From assembly GCA_049970895.1 (NCBI GenBank), contig JBMFMB010000013.1, positions 1-45,723 on the forward strand: a stretch of DNA of 45,723 nt, given 5' to 3'. Each line of letters starts with the position of its first letter. Within the stretch, counting starts at the first letter, position 1. The notes beneath the pieces were generated by a model that made no database searches, had not been told where the DNA came from, and worked only from the letters and a program-made list of their open reading frames with translations. The DNA is from Candidatus Bathyarchaeia archaeon. GTDB taxonomy: Archaea > Thermoproteota > Bathyarchaeia > Bathyarchaeales > Bathycorpusculaceae. Positions 18,735 to 27,466 of the stretch are shown one piece after another. A program made the position numbers and the translations under genes.

Positions 18735-20492
18735 GTGAACAGCCAAGCACAAGACAAGTTCACTACAATAAACGAGTTGGCTCGCCGCAGAGGTTTCTTC
18801 TGGCAATCCTATGAAATATATGGAGGGGTAAGCGGCTTTGTAACCTACGGTTTCTTGGGGGCAAAGCTGAAGCAAAACATTGAAAACAAGCTTAGGGAAA
18901 TCTTCGTTAAAAAGCTTGGAATAATGGAGATAGAATCCCCAATAATAGCGCCAAGCAAGGTTTTTGAGGCTTCAGGCCACGTTGACCACTTTAAAGAGCC
19001 AATGGTTGAATGCCAAAAATGCAAGAGACGTTTCCGCGCAGACCACCTGCTTCAAGAAATGGCGAAACTTAGCGAGGCGGAAGTCGAAAAACTAAGCTTA
19101 GAAGAGCTGAAGGAGGCCATAGAAAGGCATGGTGTACACTGCCCTGAATGCGGAGGCGAATTTGGCGAACCAAAACACTTTCTAACAATGTTTAAGACAA
19201 CCATAGGCCCATATTCTGAGGCTGTTGGTTATGGTCGCCCAGAGGCTGCCCAAGGCATATTCGTTGAGTTTAGACGCCTATATGAGATGGCACGGGAAAA
19301 GTTGCCCTTTGGCGTGATGCAGATAGGCCATGCATTAAGGAATGAAATTTCGCCGAGGCAAGGCCTGATAAGACTTAGGGAGTTCACCATAGTGGACATA
19401 GAGTTCTTCTTCGACCCCGAAGACCCTAACTGCTTTCTTCTGGAAGAAGTTGGGAATGAGCCCTTAAGGCTTGTTTTAGCCGAAAGCAAGCTTCGCGGTT
19501 CAGAAGAAATAGTGGAAGTCTCGATTAAGGAGGCGCTTGAAAAAGGCTTCATCAAGGTTCCTTGGCAAGCGGCTTTTATGGCACTGGCTAAACGTTTGCT
19601 GATGGAGTTGGGCGTGCCAGCTGAAAAACAAAGGTTTATCGAGAAACTTCCATGGGAACGAGCGCATTACTCCCTCCAAAGTTTTGACCAAGAAGTTTAT
19701 GTTGACCGTTGGGGATGGATTGAAGTTTCCGGACACGCATACAGAACGGATTATGATTTAAAGCAGCACATGCAGTTCAGCGGAGCAGACACGAGAGTGT
19801 TTAAGGAATATGAAAAGCCGTTAGTGAAAGAGAAAAAAGCTGTTAAGCCTTTGATGGCGAAGCTTGGACCTACTTTCAAGGAAGAGGCCCAAAAAATCGC
19901 TGAAATGCTTTCTGAGGCTAACCCCGAGGAGGTTGAAGCCTCATTTAAGGAGAAAGGCTATTTCATGCTTGGCAAGTACAAGATTTTGCCAGAACATGTG
20001 GAAATTACAACATGCAAAGTTGAGGAAAGAGGAAGACGCTTCATACCACACGTTGTTGAGCCCAGTTTCGGCTCAGACCGGCTTGTTTATGTGACCCTTG
20101 AGTATGCATACCGAGTGAAAGATGACAGGGTGATGTTAAGCTTTCCAAGGGATATAGCCCCAATACAAGTTGGAGTTTACCCGTTGGTTAGCAAGAATGG
20201 TTTGCCAGAAAAAGCATTGCAAGTTTACAAAATATTGGTCGATGAGGGCTTTTCCGTGGAGTATGATGAGGCTGGCTCCATTGGAAGGCGCTATGCAAGA
20301 GCTGACGAGGTTGGCATACCGTTGGGAATAACCATCGACTATGAAACTTTGAAGGATGATACCGTAACCATTCGGGACCGCGACACCTGGAGACAAGTTA
20401 GAAACCGCATAGACGTCTTACCAGAACTTTTGCACAAATATTTTAGGTATAAGTTAGATTTCGAAGATTTAGGCATTCTTGTCAAGGAGTAG
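18735..20492 (+). CDS. glyS: Glycine--tRNA ligase
   Basis: RRGFFW, EIYGG, RPEAAQGIF, RNEISPRQGLIRLREF, EPSFG, SIGRRYARADE. Confidence 0.97.
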   Translation: MNSQAQDKFTTINELARRRGFFWQSYEIYGGVSGFVTYGFLGAKLKQNIENKLREIFVKKLGIMEIESPIIAPSKVFEASGHVDHFKEPMVECQKCKRRFRADHLLQEMAKLSEAEVEKLSLEELKEAIERHGVHCPECGGEFGEPKHFLTMFKTTIGPYSEAVGYGRPEAAQGIFVEFRRLYEMAREKLPFGVMQIGHALRNEISPRQGLIRLREFTIVDIEFFFDPEDPNCFLLEEVGNEPLRLVLAESKLRGSEEIVEVSIKEALEKGFIKVPWQAAFMALAKRLLMELGVPAEKQRFIEKLPWERAHYSLQSFDQEVYVDRWGWIEVSGHAYRTDYDLKQHMQFSGADTRVFKEYEKPLVKEKKAVKPLMAKLGPTFKEEAQKIAEMLSEANPEEVEASFKEKGYFMLGKYKILPEHVEITTCKVEERGRRFIPHVVEPSFGSDRLVYVTLEYAYRVKDDRVMLSFPRDIAPIQVGVYPLVSKNGLPEKALQVYKILVDEGFSVEYDEAGSIGRRYARADEVGIPLGITIDYETLKDDTVTIRDRDTWRQVRNRIDVLPELLHKYFRYKLDFEDLGILVKE

Positions 20493-20568
20493 CATTCGTT
20501 ACCTTTTTTAATACTTCCACAATATTATTGCTAGAAGCTTCACTCCCGGTTTTGCGGCGGGAAGAAAC

Positions 20569-21228
20569 TTGGTGCTTCCAGCAGAAACAGAGGAACGCGT
20601 TAAACGCAGAGCGTTAAGCGTTTGCCAAGAACACTTAAGAAAAGTGTTAGACCTAACGCGGAAAGTCCCTCAGATGATTGAATGCTTCATAAAAAATGAC
20701 AGGGCAAGGGCAAAGCAAATCTACAACGAGATCAGAATGGGCGAAGAAGACGTGGACAATGCTAGGCGCCTTGTCTCCCGCGAGCTTGCAGAGATAGGCG
20801 CCATACTCCTAAGCCGCGAAGACTTCTTAAGATTCACAAACTTGGCTGGGGAAATAGCTGACTTCTCAGAGGGAATAGCCTTCCGCATCCTCGAAATAAT
20901 GGAGCACAACTGGAACGTGCCAACGGAAATAAAAAAGGACCTTTTGAAGCTTTCAGAAGCCACTTTGGAAACAGTGCTCAAGCTTAGGGAAACAATGATG
21001 GTTTTGGCGTTTGGTTCTGAGAAAGCTATGGAAAAAGCCAGCGAAGTCGAGTCAGCCGAACGAGTCGTAGATGAGCTCTACCGAACCCTCGAAATAAAAC
21101 TCCTAAACAGTAAGCTGGAAATCCCAGCACTTATACTTCTAAGGGATATTTTACAGCTTTTGGAGGACTCTGCAGATAAGGCTGAAGATGCCGCGGACGC
21201 CGCAAGGGTCTTATCCTTCATAATGTAA
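20569..21228 (+). CDS. DUF47/PhoU-like phosphate transport regulator
   Basis: All-helical with E--VD, REDFL, ED--D-AED acidic motifs. Confidence 0.8.
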   Translation: MVLPAETEERVKRRALSVCQEHLRKVLDLTRKVPQMIECFIKNDRARAKQIYNEIRMGEEDVDNARRLVSRELAEIGAILLSREDFLRFTNLAGEIADFSEGIAFRILEIMEHNWNVPTEIKKDLLKLSEATLETVLKLRETMMVLAFGSEKAMEKASEVESAERVVDELYRTLEIKLLNSKLEIPALILLRDILQLLEDSADKAEDAADAARVLSFIM

Positions 21229-21250
21229 TTGCAAAGCGAAGGATAGTGGT

Positions 21251-21808
21251 ATGCCAAGAAAAATACCAGTAGAGTTTATCGAAAACTTTCTTGTGGTTTG
21301 GAACCCTAGCGACGGTTCCGAGCTTTACAAAATGGGCTTTTACGGTAAACCACTCGGAATACCAAAACCCAAAATCCCAGAGTTCAATGTCCCATTGATT
21401 CTTGATTTGATGGAGGGCTTATACCTTGCAGAAAAGGGAATAATAATAGTTTACGAGGGACCAGAAAAAACTCGTGTCAGCCTCAAAAAACTGCGGCAAA
21501 AGGCCAGAACATTGTATGAGGAGTTTGACGAAAAATATGCTGTTTACCGTGACCTACGGGACAGCGGGATGGTTGTCACGCCCGGAATAAAGTTTGGGTG
21601 CGACTTTGCCGTTTATAAGCATGGACCAGGATTGGAACATGCACCCTACATGGTTTCGGTTAAGAAGGCTACATCCGAGCTGACGGCCACAGAAATAGTG
21701 AAAGCCGGAAGATTGGCGACAACTGTGCGGAAACGGTTCATAATTGCAGTGCCAGACCTAGAACAGGGGAAAATAAGGTACATGATATTCAAATGGTTTA
21801 AGGCATAA
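21251..21808 (+). CDS. endA: tRNA-splicing endonuclease catalytic (alpha) subunit
   Basis: VYRDLR, GIKFG-DFAVY--GPG-EHA, R-A-TVRK (Tyr/His/Lys triad). Confidence 0.94.
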   Translation: MPRKIPVEFIENFLVVWNPSDGSELYKMGFYGKPLGIPKPKIPEFNVPLILDLMEGLYLAEKGIIIVYEGPEKTRVSLKKLRQKARTLYEEFDEKYAVYRDLRDSGMVVTPGIKFGCDFAVYKHGPGLEHAPYMVSVKKATSELTATEIVKAGRLATTVRKRFIIAVPDLEQGKIRYMIFKWFKA

Positions 21809-21811
21809 CCC

Positions 21812-22294
21812 CTACGCTTTGCCAGCGTTTTCCAGAGCTAATTGAAGAATTTCTTCTTCTAGAGTTAATCCTCTCCTTGGATTCTCAACTATTCTCCCCA
21901 ATTCCACTCCTTCCCTGTTCAAAATTAGAATTAGAGGAATCTTGTCCACATGAAATTTTTCAACCTCTGAGGGTGATGGCGGAATACTCCACTTTCGGCT
22001 AGGATTCAACGGGTCCCTCTTTAACCCTCCGAAAATTCTAACCTCTAACCCTGTGGCTTCTGATATCAATGCAAGCACTGGAATGTTTGCGGCGCAGTCT
22101 TTACACCATTCCGCGGAGAACGCGACCACCACTATGCCACTTACAAAATTCTTTAACCTTTCAACAACCTTGCTGTTCAGCTGGTACGTTATTTTCCGTT
22201 CTAGAAAACGTTGGCGGAAGGGTTCACGGATGCTGTCGATATACAGGTTTACGGGCACCGTTTTACGTCTGACTTCTTCTAAGTTGATTTCCAT
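21812..22294 (-). CDS. Thioredoxin-family protein
   Basis: WCKDC, IP, LGRIVENP. Confidence 0.82.
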   Translation of the reverse strand: MEINLEEVRRKTVPVNLYIDSIREPFRQRFLERKITYQLNSKVVERLKNFVSGIVVVAFSAEWCKDCAANIPVLALISEATGLEVRIFGGLKRDPLNPSRKWSIPPSPSEVEKFHVDKIPLILILNREGVELGRIVENPRRGLTLEEEILQLALENAGKA

Positions 22295-22296
22295 TT

Positions 22297-23577
22297 TTAG
22301 CCCGGCATTATTGTCTGGTTTATAAACTCGCCCCTAACATACTGGTGGGGATAAATTTTTGCCGCCTTAAGAATGCATCCTTCAGCTATTATGACGTCGT
22401 CGGCTATCACCGAGATTTCGCTTATCTTTGTTGGTTTTCTTGCACTAGAGCGCATTGTTACGTGTCGTCCTATAATGCTGCCTTTTATCTCGGCTTTTTC
22501 TCCTATTATAGCTCGGTCCATTATTGCAGAGTTTTCTATGGTTACGCCGTTCTCTATCTTGGTGTAGTTATCGATGCACGCGTTTGCAATGCGCACTCCG
22601 TCGCCTATCTCACAATGCCTCCCAATCAAAACTGAACCTTCAACTTGGATTTTTCCCTCTTTAATCTTCCTTATAATCTCTTTTCTTCGCCTTAGGGCTT
22701 CTGGGCTTTCACCTTGAACCCAAACTCTTGCTTTCTCGTCTATTCTCCCGCCAAAATCTGTTAGCGAGGAGAAATGTCCTTCAAGCATGTCCCGCATGGC
22801 TTCCAGATAACGTTTTGGGGTGCCAACATCATACCAGCTTCCTTTCAGAACATAACCATAAACTGGTCTGCCAGTTTCAATAACGTATGGGATAAAGTCG
22901 TAGCCAAAGTCCAAGCGTTTCCGCTCTTTCATTAGCCCTTTAACCCCCTTTTCTTTGAAGATCTTCCTTATTTCAGGTGAAACCATGTACAAGCCTGTAT
23001 TTGCCAATTTTGATGGTGCTTCCTTTGGCGTCGGCTTTTCCACAAACTTTCGAATTCTCATGTCTTTATCTATGTCGGCTATTCCATAGCCCTCAACATT
23101 TTCAACCTCTCGAAGGGCAATTGTTATAACAGCCTCTTTCTCGCGGTGAAACTCAATGAGCTCTTTTAAATTGACATCAAATATGTTGTCGCCTTGCACT
23201 GCAAAAACAGGATCCCTCACGTTATAGTATTCTATGTTTATTCTCGCTGAGTCAGCGCTTCCCAAATCGTCCACATTGGGCTGGTATTTAATGTGCACGC
23301 GGGGAGTTATCCCATAACGGGCTGAAAATCCATACCCAGACTCAAAGTAGTCGTGCAAATCTCTATAATTCGTGTAGCCCTTAACCCCAAAAATGAAGTT
23401 TCTAATGCCCTGACGGGCAAGGGACAGAAGCGAAAACTCAATGAGAGGTCTGTTTAGGAGGCGGATGCACGCCTTGCTGGTCTCAGCCGTTAAGGGCAAA
23501 AGCCTAGTGGCTTTGCCCCCCACCGGAATTATTACCCGCAGTCTTTCTGGTTCATAGTTGTAGCGCAAAAGCTCCAC
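22297..23577 (-). CDS. Sugar-1-phosphate nucleotidyltransferase (NDP-sugar synthase) with beta-helix C-terminus
   Basis: GGKATRL-PLT---SK, GDN, FVEKP, WYDVG, hexapeptide repeats. Confidence 0.9.
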   Translation of the reverse strand: MELLRYNYEPERLRVIIPVGGKATRLLPLTAETSKACIRLLNRPLIEFSLLSLARQGIRNFIFGVKGYTNYRDLHDYFESGYGFSARYGITPRVHIKYQPNVDDLGSADSARINIEYYNVRDPVFAVQGDNIFDVNLKELIEFHREKEAVITIALREVENVEGYGIADIDKDMRIRKFVEKPTPKEAPSKLANTGLYMVSPEIRKIFKEKGVKGLMKERKRLDFGYDFIPYVIETGRPVYGYVLKGSWYDVGTPKRYLEAMRDMLEGHFSSLTDFGGRIDEKARVWVQGESPEALRRRKEIIRKIKEGKIQVEGSVLIGRHCEIGDGVRIANACIDNYTKIENGVTIENSAIMDRAIIGEKAEIKGSIIGRHVTMRSSARKPTKISEISVIADDVIIAEGCILKAAKIYPHQYVRGEFINQTIMPG

Positions 23578-23684
23578 CAGCTTTTACAATGCATAATATT
23601 GTTAAGCGTATTAAACTTTCTAGAGAAAACGCGAATTTTATAACCAAAGCCAATTTATTTTAAGTGCAAAGGGCTTGGAACAGC

Positions 23685-24539
23685 ATGAACAAAATCCCTG
23701 GCTTCATTCGTCTAATGCGCCCCATAAACTGTTTAATGATGGGCTTCGCAGTCATAGTGGGGGCTGCAATCGCAAATTCGAGGATGCTGGCGGATTCGCT
23801 GGACAGCCTTATCTACGGCTTTTTTACCGGTTTTCTTTTAACAGCGGCAGCCATGGCCATAAACGACTATTATGATAGGGAAATAGATGCCATAAACGAG
23901 CCCTCTAGGCCTATCCCGAGTGGAACAATTAAACCAAATGAGGCTCTGGTTTTTGCCTTTTCGCTTACGACGTTTGGTTTTGTGTCCGTAGCCTTTACAG
24001 CATCTATCTACTGTTTCATAACAGCCCTGATCTTTTGGCTCATCTCAGTGGTGTACGCCACTGTCGGCAAAAAGACCGGGCTTTTGGGAAACTTTTTAGT
24101 CAGCGCTTGTGTTTCTGCCCCATTTATTTACGGAAGCTTAACAGTAACTGGCACCATTAAACTAAACATTTTGATTTTTGCCTCCATGGTTTTCCTTTCA
24201 AACACCGGGAGGGAGATAACCAAAGGAATTGTGGACGTCGAGGGCGACAAAACTCGGAACATTAAGACTTTGGCTGTACGTTTTGGACCGCGAAAAGCTG
24301 CAATTGCGTCGGCGGTTTTTTACCTAGTTGCGGTGGCACTAACTCCATTGCCGCCAATATTACATCTTGTCACTTTTTGGTTCATTCCGTTGGTGGCTAT
24401 AACGGACACAGGATTGGCTGCGTCTTCAATAATGCTTTTATTGGATTATTCAAGGGAGAATGCCAGAAAAATGAAAAACCAAGTTTTAGTGTGGTTTCTC
24501 GTGGGGCTGATAGCCTTTGTGGTTGGAAGCCTACGTTAG
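23685..24539 (+). CDS. UbiA-family prenyltransferase, probably digeranylgeranylglyceryl phosphate synthase
   Basis: RP-N, NDYYDREIDAINEP-RPIPSG, REI-K-I-D-EGD. Confidence 0.88.
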   Translation: MNKIPGFIRLMRPINCLMMGFAVIVGAAIANSRMLADSLDSLIYGFFTGFLLTAAAMAINDYYDREIDAINEPSRPIPSGTIKPNEALVFAFSLTTFGFVSVAFTASIYCFITALIFWLISVVYATVGKKTGLLGNFLVSACVSAPFIYGSLTVTGTIKLNILIFASMVFLSNTGREITKGIVDVEGDKTRNIKTLAVRFGPRKAAIASAVFYLVAVALTPLPPILHLVTFWFIPLVAITDTGLAASSIMLLLDYSRENARKMKNQVLVWFLVGLIAFVVGSLR

Positions 24540-24589
24540 GCATGTATCCGCTCGCGCCAAAAGGCGAAATAATCTTCTCTTAAAATCCT

Positions 24590-25954
24590 TTATTCTCCCT
24601 TTTTTGGCTCCATGTGGACGGTGACTATGGTTTCTGTAAATCTCCGCTTAACCCCGTTCTCGATTTTTGATGCGACTTTGTGGGCTTCCTCTATTGTTAT
24701 TTGGCTTGCGAAACAGCAGTCAATGTTTATGTAGCGTTTTCCACCAACAACATATGTGACTATCCGCTTAACCGTGAACACTTTTTGTAGGCTTTCAGCC
24801 GTTCTGTAGATTACCTGCTGAATTTCCCTTTCATCTACGGCTGGTCCCCGCTGTTTCGCGTCAAATGGTTCGATGTGGACTGTTACGTTGCCGATGTTTT
24901 CCAGTTTTTCGCTTAGCTTACTCTCTATTTTCTCAGCAAGCTCGTGGGCTTCGCTCACAGACAAAGAAGGATCAACATAAGCGTGCAATGTAACGTAAAG
25001 TTTGCCATGAGAATAAACAACATTTACATCATGAACCTCTTTGACGCCCTCAACTTCTCCAGCTAACTTTTCCACAAGTTGAGGGGTTAACATTTCCTTT
25101 TCTGGTGGTTCCACGTGAATTAAGACTTCAGCGTTTCCCAAGACTATCTTTAGCTTATCCTCCACTTGTGATGCAAGCGCGTGAGCTTCCTCCAGCCCCA
25201 TGTAGTCTGGAACTTGTATTGTGGCTTCAACGAAGGTTTTATCTCCAGCCCTTCTAACTCTCAACCCTTTAACATTGGAAACGCCCATTATTGAGGCTAT
25301 TTCCTTCCGCACTTTTTCTGCAACGTCTCTTGAGATTGCGTCGCTTAACTCCATTCCACTTGCTCTAACTAGCCTAATGCTTAGGTAGCCTATAGCAGCG
25401 CTCAGAACCAGAGAGACAACTGCATCCGAGGCTGGCAGGCCTATTGTTGCAAGTCCAAATCCTAAAAGGGCGACAATTGTTGAGCCAAAATCCGCTAGGG
25501 CATGGTAAAAGCCAGCTTTAACAGTGACGCTTTCCGTTTCCACAGTGTGTAATACTTTAATCCTTAAAATGTCTATGCAGAATGTGTAGCCTATTGCCGC
25601 ATAACCCGCCAGCTCCCACTCTTGATTTATGGGTTCGCCATGTAACAGCCTTTGGACAGCCCTAATGGTTAGGAATATCGCCGTGCCGAAGAGTATAACT
25701 CCGCCGATAAGCCCGCCAAGAGGCGCGATTTTCTCGTGTCCATACATGTGCTCCTCGTCTGGCGGTTTAATGGAAGCCCTCGCTGCCACTAAAAGAATAA
25801 ACATGCTTACGGCATCTAGTAATGCGTGCATGCCGTCGCTTAGGATGGCTAGGCTGCCAACAGCCAAACCTAAAACAACTTCTACAATTGCGACACTAGA
25901 TATGGCGCACGCTGAAATTTTTAGGCTTCTAAGCCCAGTCTCTTTTAATGGCAT
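24590..25954 (-). CDS. Cation diffusion facilitator with three C-terminal ZT-dimer domains
   Basis: SLAILSDGMH---D, PPDEEH-YGH, HALAD; three EAH...HxEP repeats; start ATG 25954. Confidence 0.9.
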   Translation of the reverse strand: MPLKETGLRSLKISACAISSVAIVEVVLGLAVGSLAILSDGMHALLDAVSMFILLVAARASIKPPDEEHMYGHEKIAPLGGLIGGVILFGTAIFLTIRAVQRLLHGEPINQEWELAGYAAIGYTFCIDILRIKVLHTVETESVTVKAGFYHALADFGSTIVALLGFGLATIGLPASDAVVSLVLSAAIGYLSIRLVRASGMELSDAISRDVAEKVRKEIASIMGVSNVKGLRVRRAGDKTFVEATIQVPDYMGLEEAHALASQVEDKLKIVLGNAEVLIHVEPPEKEMLTPQLVEKLAGEVEGVKEVHDVNVVYSHGKLYVTLHAYVDPSLSVSEAHELAEKIESKLSEKLENIGNVTVHIEPFDAKQRGPAVDEREIQQVIYRTAESLQKVFTVKRIVTYVVGGKRYINIDCCFASQITIEEAHKVASKIENGVKRRFTETIVTVHMEPKKGE

Positions 25955-26158
25955 TATTCCATCAAATAGACAGCCCAACACTCGGGATTTAAGGATTGTG
26001 AAGCGTTTAGCAAAACATTTAAAATAATAGCTGTGCATGATTATGTGGGTATTAAAGTGCAAGGTGAACGCTTTAACCCAGCAACATAAACCCAACAAAA
26101 TTTTCACCCAACACACTAGACTGGTTTTTCGCGTGTCTTTTTATGGAGGCATCAAAAA

Positions 26159-27451
26159 ATGAGCGTAAGCGACATTTTAGACGGGAAACTAACAGAAAAT
26201 GAGGTTGAAATAAAAGGCTGGCTCTTAAACAAACGCTCAAGCGGCGGAGTCCAATTCCTAATAGTCAGAGATGGGACAGGCTTTATACAGGCGACAATTC
26301 ACAAAGACGAGGTTCCAGCAAAAGTTTTTGAGGATGCTGAAAGGCTAACGCAGGAATCCTCTATAACATTGAGGGGTGTTGTTAAGGAGGATAAGAGGGC
26401 GCCTGGAGGCTACGAGATAAGGGTTAAGGATCTGCAAATTGTGCACTTGGCGGAACGCGAATATCCATTAGCGAAAAAGGAGCATGGCATAGACTTTTTA
26501 ATGAATTATAGGCAGTTGTGGATTAGAAGTCCTAGGCAGACAGCCATACTAAGGATTAGGGCTGAGGTCATAAAGGCTTGCAGAGATTTCCTCGACAGCC
26601 GAGGCTTCGTTTTAACAGACGCCCCAATCTTCACGCCAGCCGCAGTCGAAGGAACAACAACCCTTTTTGAAGTCCCATACTTTGGTGAAAAAGCCTACCT
26701 AACCCAAAGCGGACAGCTTTACGTCGAAGCCACAATAGCCGCCTTCGGAAAAGTCTACTGTTTCGGTCCAACGTTTAGGGCTGAGAAGTCGAAAACGCCA
26801 AGGCATTTGACAGAGTTTTGGATGGTTGAGCCCGAAATGGCTTTCTGCGAATTTGAGGAGAACTTGAAAATTCAAGAGGAAATGGTAACCTACATTGTCA
26901 AAACTGTTTTGGAGAAGCGCCGTAGGGAACTTGAGACTTTGAAGCGGGACATCGCGCCTTTAATGAAGGTGGAGCCGCCTTTTGAAAGGATAAGTTACAC
27001 GGAGGCTGTTGATATGCTGCAGAAGGCTGGCTTCCCAATACAATGGGGTGAAGACCTAGGAGCACCCCACGAAAGGTACATTTCCCTCCAGTTTGAAAAA
27101 CCTGTCTTCGTCCACAGATACCCAGCAAAGGCTAAAGCCTTCTACATGCAACCGGATCCAGAAAACCCAGGAGTAGTACTCTGCGCTGATTTGATGGCGC
27201 CGGAGGGTTATGGCGAAATAATTGGTGGAAGCCAACGTATCCACGACCTTAAACTGCTGGAAAAGCGCATTGAAGAGTTTGGTTTGCCAAAAAAAGCCTA
27301 TGAATGGTATCTGGATCTGCGAAGGTACGGTTCAGTGCCGCACTCCGGCTTTGGGTTGGGAATAGAGCGCACAGTCATGTGGATTTGCAAGCTAAAGCAT
27401 ATCCGAGAAACAATACCCTTCCCAAGAACGTTAACGCGCATATACCCGTAA
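26159..27451 (+). CDS. asnS: Asparagine--tRNA ligase
   Basis: [56 protein letters not shown]. Confidence 0.88.
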   Translation: MSVSDILDGKLTENEVEIKGWLLNKRSSGGVQFLIVRDGTGFIQATIHKDEVPAKVFEDAERLTQESSITLRGVVKEDKRAPGGYEIRVKDLQIVHLAEREYPLAKKEHGIDFLMNYRQLWIRSPRQTAILRIRAEVIKACRDFLDSRGFVLTDAPIFTPAAVEGTTTLFEVPYFGEKAYLTQSGQLYVEATIAAFGKVYCFGPTFRAEKSKTPRHLTEFWMVEPEMAFCEFEENLKIQEEMVTYIVKTVLEKRRRELETLKRDIAPLMKVEPPFERISYTEAVDMLQKAGFPIQWGEDLGAPHERYISLQFEKPVFVHRYPAKAKAFYMQPDPENPGVVLCADLMAPEGYGEIIGGSQRIHDLKLLEKRIEEFGLPKKAYEWYLDLRRYGSVPHSGFGLGIERTVMWICKLKHIRETIPFPRTLTRIYP

Positions 27452-27466
27452 AGGTTTTAGCCTCTG

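Noticed and set aside
25955-26116. 54-aa N-terminal extension of the CDF ORF
   Set aside because: Composition looks non-coding and it spans the divergent promoter region; ATG 25954 is preferred.
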